This document shows positions 47,252 through 58,587 of a stretch of DNA of 64,000 nt, piece after piece. Origin of the DNA: Pristiophorus japonicus (Eukaryota); assembly GCF_044704955.1 (NCBI RefSeq), contig NC_091999.1:13826001-13890000 (forward strand), written 5' to 3'. A program made the translations under genes and the position numbers. Positions within the stretch are counted from its first letter, which is position 1. Every line of letters starts with the position of its first letter. Below the pieces are notes generated by a model, which had not been told where the DNA came from, searched no databases, and saw only the letters and a program-made list of their open reading frames with translations.

Positions 47252-50200
47252 ATCTGGTGATTTACACACACACTGATCTGGTGATGTATACACACACACA
47301 CTGACCTGGTGATTTTTCAAACACACACACACACTGACCTGGGAATTTACACACACACTGACCTGGTGATTTATGCACACACACACGGACCTAGTGATGA
47401 ACACATGCACATTAACCTGGTGATTTATACAGATACTGATCTGGTGATTTACACACACATACTGACCTGATGATTTACACACACACACTGACCTAGTGAT
47501 TTGCACGCACATAGACTTTCCTGGTGATTCAATCACACACAAACACTCACACACACTGACCTGGTGATTTACACACACACACTGACCTGGTGATTTATAC
47601 ACACACTGATCTGGTGATTTACACACGCGCAAACTGACCAGCGGATTTATATACACACTGACATGGTGATTTACACACACACACTGACCTGGTGATTTAC
47701 ACACGCACTGACCTGGTGATATGCACACATACACTGCCCTGGTGATTTACACATGCACTGACCTGGTGATGTACAGACAGAGACACGCACTAACCTGGTG
47801 ATTTACACACACACACACTGACCTGGTGATTTACACACACACTGACCTGGTAATATACACATATACACTGACCTGGTGATTTACAGACACATACACACAC
47901 TAACCTGGTGATTTACACACGCGCACACTGACCTGGGGATTTACACACACACTGAGCTGGTGATTAACACACACACACACTGACCTGGTCATTTACACGC
48001 ACACACACTAACCTGGTGAATTGCACACACACACACTGATCTGGTGATTTACACACAGACACACTGACCTGGTGATTTATACGCAGACACACTGACCTGG
48101 TGATTTATATACACACTGACCTGGTGATTCACACACACACTGATCTGGTGATTTACACATACACACACTGATCTGGTGATTTACACACAGACACACTGAC
48201 CTGGTGATTTATACGCAGACACACTGACCTGGTGATTCACACACACACTGATCTGGTGATTTACACATACACACACTGACCTGGTGATTTACACGCACAC
48301 AAACACTGACCTGGTGATTTACACACACACAAACACTGACCTGGTGATTTAATCACACACACACACACTCACCTGGTTATTTACACACACACTGATCTGG
48401 TGATTTACACACGTGCACACTGACCTGGGGATTTACACACACACTGAGCTGGTGATTAACACACACACACACTGACCTGGTCATTTACACGCACACACAC
48501 TAACCTGGTGAATTGCACACACACACACTGACCTGGTGATTTAAACACACACTGACATGGTGATTTACACATACACACACTGACCTGGTGATTTACACGC
48601 ACACACTCTGACCTGGTGATTTACGCACACACTGACCCACTGATTTACACACACACACACACACTGATCTGGTGATGTACACACACACACACTGATCTGG
48701 TGATTTACACACACACACACTGACCTGGTCATTTACACGCACACACTGACCTGGAGATTTACATAAACACTGACCCACTGATTTACACACACACACACAC
48801 ACACACACATACACACTGATCTGGTGATTTACACATACACACACTGATCTGGTGATTTACACACACACACACTGACCTGGTGACTGACACACACAAACAC
48901 ACACTGACCTGGTGATTTACACACACGCACACTGACTGGTGATTTACACACACGCACACTGACTGGTGATTTACACACACGCACACTGACTGGTGATTTA
49001 CACACACACACACACACACACACACTGACCTGCTGATTTACACACACACACTGACCTGGTGATTTACACACACACACTCTGACCAGGTAATTTACACACA
49101 CACAGTGGCGTGGTGATTTACACACATACACTGACCTGGTGATTTACACATACACACACTGAACTTGTGATTTACACACACACTGACCTGGTGATTTACA
49201 CACACGCACTGACCTGGTGATTTACACACACGCACTGACCTGCCGATTTACACACACGCACTGACCTGGTGATTCTCACACACACACACGGTGATTTACA
49301 CACCCACCGAACTGATGATTTACAGACACACACTGGCCCGGTGATTTACACACACACACACTGACCTGCTGATTTACACACACACACACTATGACCAGGT
49401 AATTTACACACACACACAGATATGGTGATTTACACACGCACACACTGATCTGGTAATTTACACCCACACACTGACCTGGTGATTGACACACACATTGAAC
49501 TGGTGATTTACACACACACACACACACACTGACCTGGTAATTTACACACACACACACACACACAGACCTAGTGATTTACACACACACTGACCTGGTGATT
49601 TACAAACGCACACACTGACTGGTGATTTACACACACACTGACCTGGTGATTTACAAACGCACACACTGACATGGTGATTTATACACACACACTGACCTGG
49701 TGATTTACACACACACACTGACCTGGTGATTTATACACACTCTCTGACCTGGTGATTTGCACACACACTGACCTAGTGATTTACATGCACATACTGACCT
49801 GGTGATTTACACACACACATTGACCTGGTGATTTACACANNNNNNNNNNNNNNNNNNNNNNNNNNNNNNNNNNNNNNNNNNNNNNNNNNNNNNNNNNNNN
49901 NNNNNNNNNNNNNNNNNNNNNNNNNNNNNNNNNNNNNNNNNNNNNNNNNNNNNNNNNNNNNNNNNNNNNNNNNNNNNNNNNNNNNNNNNNNNNNNNNNNN
50001 GCACACACACACTGAGCTGGTGATTTGCACACACACTGACCTGGTAATTTACACACACACACTGACCTTGTGATTTACACACACACTGACCTGGTGATTT
50101 ACACACACACACACTGACCTGCTGATTTACACACACACACACTATGACCAGGTAATTTACACACACACACAGATATGGTGATTTACACACGCACACACTG

Positions 50201-53000
50201 ATCTGGTAATTTACACCCACACACTGACCTGGTGATTGACACACACATTGAACTGGTGATTTACACACACACACACACACACTGACCTGGTAATTTACAC
50301 ACACACACACACACACAGACCTAGTGATTTACACACACACTGACCTGGTGATTTACAAACGCACACACTGACTGGTGATTTACACACACACTGACCTGGT
50401 GATTTACAAACGCACACACTGACATGGTGATTTATACACACACACTGACCTGGTGATTTACACACACACACTGACCTGGTGATTTATACACACTCTCTGA
50501 CCTGGTGATTTGCACACACACTGACCTAGTGATTTACATGCACATACTGACCTGGTGATTTACACACACACATTGACCTGGTGATTTACACANNNNNNNN
50601 NNNNNNNNNNNNNNNNNNNNNNNNNNNNNNNNNNNNNNNNNNNNNNNNNNNNNNNNNNNNNNNNNNNNNNNNNNNNNNNNNNNNNNNNNNNNNNNNNNNN
50701 NNNNNNNNNNNNNNNNNNNNNNNNNNNNNNNNNNNNNNNNNNNNNNNNNNNNNNNNCACACACACACTGAGCTGGTGATTTGCACACACACTGACCTGGT
50801 AATTTACACACACACACTGACCTTGTGATTTACACACACACTGACCTGGTGATTTAAACACACACACACTGACCTGGTGATTTACACACACACATTGACC
50901 AGGTGATTTACACACACACACACACACACATACATATGCACATTGACATGGTGATTTACACACGCACACTGATCTGGTGATTTACATGCACACACACACT
51001 GAGCTGGTGATTTGCACACACACAGTGACCTGGTGATTTACACACACGCACACACACACACACACACACACTGACCTGATGATTTACNNNNNNNNNNNNN
51101 NNNNNNNNNNNNNNNNNNNNNNNNNNNNNNNNNNNNNNNNNNNNNNNNNNNNNNNNNNNNNNNNNNNNNNNNNNNNNNNNNNNNNNNNNNNNNNNNNNNN
51201 NNNNNNNNNNNNNNNNNNNNNNNNNNNNNNNNNNNNNNNNNNNNNNNNNNNNNNNNNNNNNNNNNNNNNNNNNNNNNNNNNGCACACACACACTGAGCTG
51301 GTGATTTGCACACACACTGACCTGGTGATTTACATGCACACACACACTGAGCTGGTGATTTGCACACACACTGACCTGGTAATTTACACACACACACTGA
51401 CCTTGTGATTTACACACACACTGACCTGGTGATTTAAACACACACACACTGACCTGGTGATTTACACACACACATTGACCAGGTGATTTACACACACACA
51501 CACACACACACACATACATATGCACATTGACATGGTGATTTACACACGCACACTGATCTGGTGATTTACATGCACACACACACTGAGCTGGTGATTTGCA
51601 CACACACAGTGACCTGGTGATTTACACACACGCACACACACACACACTGACCTGATGATTTACACACACACAATGACCAGGTGATTTACACACACACACA
51701 CACTGACCTGGTGATTTACACACACACACACACACTCTGACCAGGTGATTTACACACATACACTGACCTGGTGATTTACACATACACACACTGAACTTGT
51801 GATTTACACACACACTAACCTGGTGATTTACACACACGCACTTACCTGGTGATTTACACATACACACTGACCTGGCGACTTACACACACACACTGACCTG
51901 GTGATTTACACACAAACACACTGACATCGTGATTTACACACACAAAAACACACTGACATCGTGATTTACACACACACCCACACACTGACCTGGTGATTTC
52001 CACAAACACACTGACCTGGTGATTTCCACATACACACTGACCTGGTGATTCACACATGCACACTGACCTGGTGATTCATACACACACACTGAGCTGGTGA
52101 TTTACACACCCACCGAACTGATGATTTACAGACACACACACACACACACTGACCTGGTGATTTACACACGCACACTGACCTGGTGATTTACATGCACACA
52201 CACACTGAGCTGGTGATTTGCACACATACACTGACTGCTGATCTACACACACACGCTGACATGGTGATTTACACACCCACCGAACTGATGATTTACAGAC
52301 ACACACACACACACGCTGACATGGTGATTTACACACACACGCTGACATGGTGATTTACACACACACGCTGACATGGTGATTTACACACACCCACACTGAC
52401 CTGGTGATACTGATACACACACACACACACACACACACCTGGTGATTTACACACACTCTCTGACCTGGTGATTTGCACACACACACTGACCTGGTGATTT
52501 AAATGCACACACACACTGACCTGGTGATTTAAATGCACACACACACTGAGCTGGTGATTTACACACACACACACAGAGCTGGTGATTTACACACACACAC
52601 TGACCTGGTGATTTACACACACACAGACCTGGTGATTTGCACACACACTGACCTGGTGATTTGCACACACACACTGACCTGGTGATTTACACACACACAC
52701 ACACTGACCTGGTGATTTACACACACACACTGGCTTGGTGATTCACACGCATACACTGACCTGGTGATTTACACATACACACACTGACCTCGTGATTTAT
52801 ACACACACTGATCTGGTAATGTACACACACACTGATCTGGTGATGTACACACACACACACACTGGCTTGGTGATTTACACGCAGACACTGACCTGGTGAT
52901 TTGCACACACACACGCTGACCTCGTGATTTACACACACACTGATTGGCGATTTACACATACACTGACCCAGTGAATTACACACACACACTGATCTGGAGA
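35080..53000. repeat. Satellite A, block 3, with ~6.24-kb and ~0.58-kb higher-order duplications and three N gaps
   Basis: Same monomer. Offsets 38164->44399, 39429->45666 and 42340->48593; ~580-bp units tandemly repeated at 39.4-41.5 kb and 45.7-47.7 kb. Confidence 0.98.
49840..51281. other. Three assembly gaps (N runs 49840-50000, 50593-50756, 51088-51281)
   Basis: Runs of N in the sequence. Confidence 0.99.
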
Positions 53001-53826
53001 GTCCCAACAAATACTCCCAGGGCAGGTACAGCGCGGGTTAGATACCAAATAAAGCTCCCTCTGCACTGTCCCCATAAACACTCCCAGCGCAAGTACAACA
53101 TATGTTAGACACAGACTAAAGCTCCCTCTGCACTGACACATCAAACACTCACAGGGCAGGTACAAAAGATGGGTAGTTACCAAGTAAAGTTCCCTCTACT
53201 CTCCTGCATCAAACACTAAGGTGAAGTACAGCACAGTTTAAACACAGAGTAAATCTCTCTCTACACAGTCCCAGGGCAGGTACAGTACGGGTTATATACA
53301 GAGTAAAGCTCCTTCTGCACTGTCCTAAAGAATCCCAGGGCAGGTACAGCAAGGGTTCATCACAATTTAAAGCTCCCTGAAGTCTGACCCATTAAACACT
53401 CCCAGGGCAGGACAGCACAGGTTAAAAACACAGTGAGGATCCCTCTGCACTGTCCCACCAGACATTCCCAGCGCATGCACAGCACAGGTTAGATGAAGAG
53501 TAAAGCCCCCTCAGCATTGTCCCATCAAACAGTGCCAGGACCAGTACAGCACAGGATAGACACGGTGTATATCTTCCCGAAACACTCCACGGCAGGAACA
53601 GAATGGTATAAATAGAGAGTAATTTCTCCGTCTTTACTTTACCAACAAACCCTGGGAAGATACAGGACGGGTTACCTAAAGATTTAATCTCTCTCCAACC
53701 TGTCCCAAACGCTCCCAGGTTAGGTACTGCATTGGTTAGATACAGAGTTAATCTCCCTGTACGCTGTCCCATCAAACACTGCAGAACAGGTACAGAGTAA
53801 AGTTCCCCCTAGACTGTCCAATCAAA
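53001..53826. repeat. 67-bp tandem repeat, copy 2
   Basis: Near-identical to 8714-9538 (offset about 44,288). Confidence 0.92.
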
Positions 53827-53908
53827 TGTTATTGAATGGGGAGCAGGCTCGAGGGGGTGGAGGAGTCCGAGTGGCCCACTCCTGCTCCTATTTCTCATGG
53901 TCTTCTGT
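53827..53908 (+). mobile_element. Short CR1-type 3' tail fragment, copy 2
   Basis: Identical in sequence to 9539-9620. Confidence 0.75.
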
Positions 53909-53912
53909 ACCC

Positions 53913-54298
53913 AGCATGCCCCGTGATGGAGAATGTGCCGCACCCAGACTGCAGGAGCTCAGTACGCAGGCGCGGGCCCTGGCTGTGTTTGGAGCATGCG
54001 CGGTGCGTGTAATGGCGGAGAAGACATGTTTTACACAGGCTCCTCAGAAGTGCCCTTTTCAGTGGGACGGAGCGGAATAATGTACCAGCGGGGAGCCGGG
54101 CAGGCTTCATAAACAACCGGTGCCCGCCGCAAGCCCGGAATAATAACCGGAATATCGGCGGTTGCAGCTTCAGGGCTTTCTCCCGTCACAGCCCCAGGCT
54201 AATGGCGGCCATCTTGGTACAGGAAGGCAGGTTCAGCGCTCCGCCATTTTCCGCGGCCATCTTCGTACAGGAATAAAGTGAATGATGTCGGTGTCTGG
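53913..54298. promoter_or_regulatory. CpG-rich promoter-like block, copy 2
   Basis: Has an NRF1-like GCATGCGC, overlapping opposite-strand YY1 motifs AATGGCGGCCATCTT (54201-54215), CCGCCATTTT (54241-54250), GCGGCCATCTT (54253-54263) and CCGGAATA cores. Confidence 0.65.
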
Positions 54299-54410
54299 AA
54301 CTGAGCCGAGCCAGAGTCAGTACCTTCAGGGGAGGGGAACCAGTGAGTAGAACTGAACCCAGCCAGAGTCAGCACCTTCAGGGGAGGGGAACCAGTGAGT
54401 GTAGAACTGA
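54296..54410 (+). repeat. 52-bp tandem duplication with GTGAGT donor-like sites (copy 2)
   Basis: GTGAGT at 54343-54348 and 54395-54400. Confidence 0.8.
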
Positions 54411-54434
54411 TGTTATATCTGTAACTAACTGGTT

Positions 54435-56575
54435 CACACCCACCCCCCACACACACAACCAAACCGAGATTCCCCCCCATACACAACCTAACCGAGATCC
54501 CCCCCCATACACAACCTAACCGAGACCTCCCCACACACACACAACCTAACCGAGCCCCCCCCACACACGTGACCCCCGCTCCACACACACAACCTAACCG
54601 AGACCCCCCCCCCACACACACAACCTAACCGAGATTCCCCCCCATACACAACCTAACCGAGCCCCCCCCACACACACAACCTAACCGAGACCCCCCCCCA
54701 CACAGACAACCTAACCGAGGCCTCCCCCACACAGACAACCTAACCGTGACACCACCCCCACACACACAAACTAAACATGACCATCTCCCCCCATTCAACC
54801 TAACCGAGACCCCCCCACACACAACCTAACCGAGACCCCCCCACACACAACCTAACTGAGACCCCCCCACACAACCTAACTGAGACCCCTCCCCCACACA
54901 ACTTAACTGTGACCCTCCCCCACACAACCTAACCGAGACCCCGCCCCCACACACAACCAAACCGAGACCCCCCCACACACACAACCTAACCGAGACCCCC
55001 ACCACACACACAACCTAACCGAGTCTCCCCCCCCCCCACACACAACCTAACCGAGACCCCGCCCCCACACACAACCAAACCGAGTACCCCCCACACACAC
55101 AACCTAACCGAGACCCCCACCACACACACAACCTAACCGTGACCCTTCCCCATACAACCTAATCGAGACCTCCCCACAAACAACCAAACCGTGACCACCC
55201 CACACAAACGTAACCGAGACCCCCACACAAACAAACCAACCGTGACCCCCCCACAAAGAACCTATCCATGACCCCCCAACACACAACCTAACCGAGAATC
55301 CCCCACACACACAACCTAACCACGATTACCCCACACACACAACCTAACCGAGACCCCCCACACACAACCGAACCGAGACCCCCCCATACACACAACCTAA
55401 CCGAGACACCCCCCCACACACAACCTAACCGAGACCCCCCCACACACACAACCTAACCGAGACCACCCCCATACACACAACCTAACCGAGATCCCCCACA
55501 CACACACAACCTAACCGAGACCCCCCACACACATACAACCTAACTGAGACCCCCATCACACACACAACCTAACTGAGACCCCCCCACACACACACAACCT
55601 AACCGTGACCCCCCCCCACACACAACCGAACTGAGACCCCCCACATACAATCTAACCGAGACCCCCCAGCCACACGCAACCTAACCGAGACCCCCCCCAC
55701 ACACACACAACCTAACCGAGATCCCCCCCACACACACACAATCTAACCGAGACCCCCCACACACACACAACCTAACCGTGACCCCCCCCAGACACACAAC
55801 CTAACCGTGACACCCACCCCACATACAACCTAACCATGACCTCCCCCACACACAACCTAACCGAGACCCCCCCCATACACAACCTAACCGAGACCCCCAC
55901 ACACACAACCTAACTGTGACCCCCCCCACACACAACCTAACCGAGACCCCCCCACACACACACAACCTAATGGAGACCCCCCCCACATACACACAACCTA
56001 ACCGTGACCCCCCCCCACACACACAACCTAACCGTGACGCCCCCCACAAAAAACCTAACCGTGACCCCCCTCACACACAACCCAACCGAGACCCCCCCCA
56101 ACCACAACCTAACCAAGACCCCCCCACACAAAACCTAACCGAGACCACCCCCCAAACACACACAACCTGTGACCCCCAACGCACACACAACCTAACCGAG
56201 ACCCCCCCCACACACAACATAACCGAGACCCCATCCCCACACACAATCTAACTGAGACCACCCCCACACTCAATCTAACCGAGACCACCCCCCCACACAA
56301 CCTAATTGAGACCCCCCCTACACGCACACAACCTAACCGAGACCCCCACCCCACCCCCCCACACACACAACCTAACCGAGACCCCCACCCCACCCCCCCA
56401 CACACACAACCTAACCAAGACCCCCCACACAACCTAACCGAGACCTCCACCCCGCCCCCCACGCACACAACCTAACCGAGACCCCACACACAACCTAACT
56501 GTGACCCCCACCCCCCCCACACACAACCTACATGAGACCCCCCCCCCCACACGCACACAACCGAACCGAGACCCC
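54435..56575. repeat. Minisatellite B, copy 2 (about 2.1 kb)
   Basis: Tandem ACAACCTAACCGAGACCCCCC(AC)n. Confidence 0.97.
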
Positions 56576-56671
56576 GCAGCAAGATGCAGTTGCACAAAAA
56601 CAAAAATATTTTTTTTTCAAAAAAATAAAATCGTCGATCCCAGCAAAACAAACGGCCCCAACAAACGGAGG

Positions 56672-56878
56672 TCATCATCACAAAAGTCCCTCGGAATCGA
56701 GGAAGACTTGCTTCCACTCTAAAAGTGAGTTCTCAGGTGACTGAGCTGTCCAATATGAGAACCACAGTCTCTGTCACAGGTGGGACAGGCAGTGGTTGAG
56801 GGAAAGGGTGGGTGGGACTGGTTTACCGCACGCTCCTCCCGCTGCCTGCGCTTGTTTTCTGCATGCTCTCGGCGATGA
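56672..56878 (-). mobile_element. 3' end of an RTE-like LINE with C-terminal C2H2 zinc finger
   Basis: The minus strand of 56719-56877 reads HRREHAENKRRQREERAVNQSHPPFPSTTACPTCDRDCGSHIGQLSHLRTHF* (C-x2-C-x12-H-x3-H). It is followed by a short UTR and a (GAT)n-like tail (tcatcatca on +). Clade assignment is from recall of RTE C-termini. Confidence 0.7.
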
Positions 56879-56920
56879 AACTGCAATTAAATAAAGGACC
56901 AGATGTGCTGATTGAGAAAT

Positions 56921-58287
56921 AAATGATGGAATCAATTATTAAGGATGTCATAGCAGTGCATTTGGAAAGAGGTAATATGATAGTTCCAAGTCAGCATGGA
57001 TTTGTGAAAGGGAAATCATGCTTGACAAATCTTCTGGAATTTTTTGAGGATGTTTCCAGTAGAGTGGACAAGGGAGAACCAGTTGATGTGGTATATTTGG
57101 ACTTTCAGAAGGCTTTCGACAAGGTCCCACACAAGAGATTAATGTGCAAAGTTAAAGCACATGGGATTGGGGGTAGTGTGCTGACATGGATTGAGAACTG
57201 GTTGTCAGACAGGAAGCAAAGAGTAGGAGGAAATGGGGACTTTTCAGAATGGCAGGCAGTGACTAGTGGGGTACCGCAAGGTTCTGTGCTGGGGCCCCAG
57301 CTGTTTACACTGTACATTAATGATTTAGACGAGGGGATTAAATGTAGTATCTCCAAATTTGCGGATGACACTAAGTTGGGTGGCAGTGTGAGCTGCAAGG
57401 AGGATTCTATGAGGCTGCAGAGCGACTTGGATAGGTTAGGTGAGTGGGCAAATGCATGGCAGATGAAGTATAATGTGGATAAATGTGAGGTTATCCACTT
57501 TGGTGGTAAAAACAGAGAGACAGACTATTATCTGAATGGTGACAGATTAGGAAAAGGGCAGGTGCAAAGAGACCTGGGTGTCATGGTGCATCAGTCATTG
57601 AAGGTTTGCATGCAGGTACAGCAGGCGGTTAAGAAAGCAAATGGCATGTTGGCCTTCATAGCGAGGGGATTTGAGTACAAGGGCAGGGAGGTGTTGCTAC
57701 AATTGTACAGGGCCTTGGTGAGGCCACACCTGGAGTATTGTGTACAGTTTTGTTCTCCTAACCTGAGGAAGGACATTCTTGCTATTGAGGGAGTGCAGCG
57801 AAGGTTCACCAGACTGATTCCCGGGATGGCGGGACTGACCTATCAAGAAAGACTGGATCAACTGGGCTTGTATTCACTGGAGTTCAGAAGAATGAGAGGG
57901 GACCTCATAGAAACATTTAAAATTCTGACGGGGTTAGACAGGTTAGATGCAGGAAGAATGTTCCCAATGTTGGGGAAGTCCAGAACCAGGGGACACAGTC
58001 TAAGGATAAGGGGGAAGCCATTTAGGACCGAGATGAGGAGGAATTTCTTCACCCAGAGAGTGGTGAACCTGTGGAATTCTCTACCACAGAAAGTTGTTGA
58101 GGCCAATTCACTAAATATATTCAAAAAGGAGTTAGATGAAGTCCTTACTACTAGGGGAATCAAAGGGTATGGTGAGAAAGCAGGAATGGGGTACTGAAGT
58201 TGCATGTTCAGCCATGAACTCATTGAATGGCGGTGCAGGCTAGAAGGGCCGAATGGCCAACTCCTGCACCTATTTTCTATGTTTCTA
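56921..58287 (+). mobile_element. 5'-truncated CR1 LINE, same young subfamily as 32684-35079
   Basis: 424-aa RT ORF 56923-58197, a 3' UTR ending ttttctatgtttcta, and a probable TSD TAAATG (56920-56925 / 58286-58291). Confidence 0.97.
56923..58197 (+). CDS. CR1 ORF2 reverse-transcriptase domain (truncated)
   Basis: Uninterrupted frame with QHGF, YLDFQKAFD, QGSVLGP and FADD motifs; about 17 aa differences from the copy at 32785-34308 over 424 aa. Confidence 0.85.
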   Translation: MMESIIKDVIAVHLERGNMIVPSQHGFVKGKSCLTNLLEFFEDVSSRVDKGEPVDVVYLDFQKAFDKVPHKRLMCKVKAHGIGGSVLTWIENWLSDRKQRVGGNGDFSEWQAVTSGVPQGSVLGPQLFTLYINDLDEGIKCSISKFADDTKLGGSVSCKEDSMRLQSDLDRLGEWANAWQMKYNVDKCEVIHFGGKNRETDYYLNGDRLGKGQVQRDLGVMVHQSLKVCMQVQQAVKKANGMLAFIARGFEYKGREVLLQLYRALVRPHLEYCVQFCSPNLRKDILAIEGVQRRFTRLIPGMAGLTYQERLDQLGLYSLEFRRMRGDLIETFKILTGLDRLDAGRMFPMLGKSRTRGHSLRIRGKPFRTEMRRNFFTQRVVNLWNSLPQKVVEANSLNIFKKELDEVLTTRGIKGYGEKAGMGY

Positions 58288-58587
58288 AATGCTGGCCAAA
58301 ATAACAGGAACAGGTCTCTGCTCTTCGATTGTATGATCCCATAAAGGATTCTTTATTGAGGAGATGTATAAATGTTCTTGTTTTGTAATGTAATAGAGTT
58401 CGGGGATAGAGAGGTGTGTTCCTGACCAGGGCATCGACAGGAACTGACAGAAGCTCAAATGCCCATGTAGTCGTTCATGGGGAAATGCTGGAATTAGTTT
58501 ATTCTGCTGTCAAATTTCGAGTTGTTTATTTCTTTGATAAGCACGGATTACAGAGTCTAACTTGTTCACTGGGCCATTCTTTCCCAG

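Noticed and set aside
1-53000. CRISPR-like appearance (constant repeat with variable-length spacers)
   Set aside because: The spacers are only CA dinucleotide tracts, not unique sequences. There are no cas genes and the context is vertebrate.
79-53010. Hundreds of Cys/Val-rich (CKSPGQCVCV) and His/Thr-rich ORFs resembling metallothionein or keratin-associated proteins
   Set aside because: They are translations of the (TG)n/(CA)n satellite, overlapping in all frames with constant frameshifts and no gene structure.
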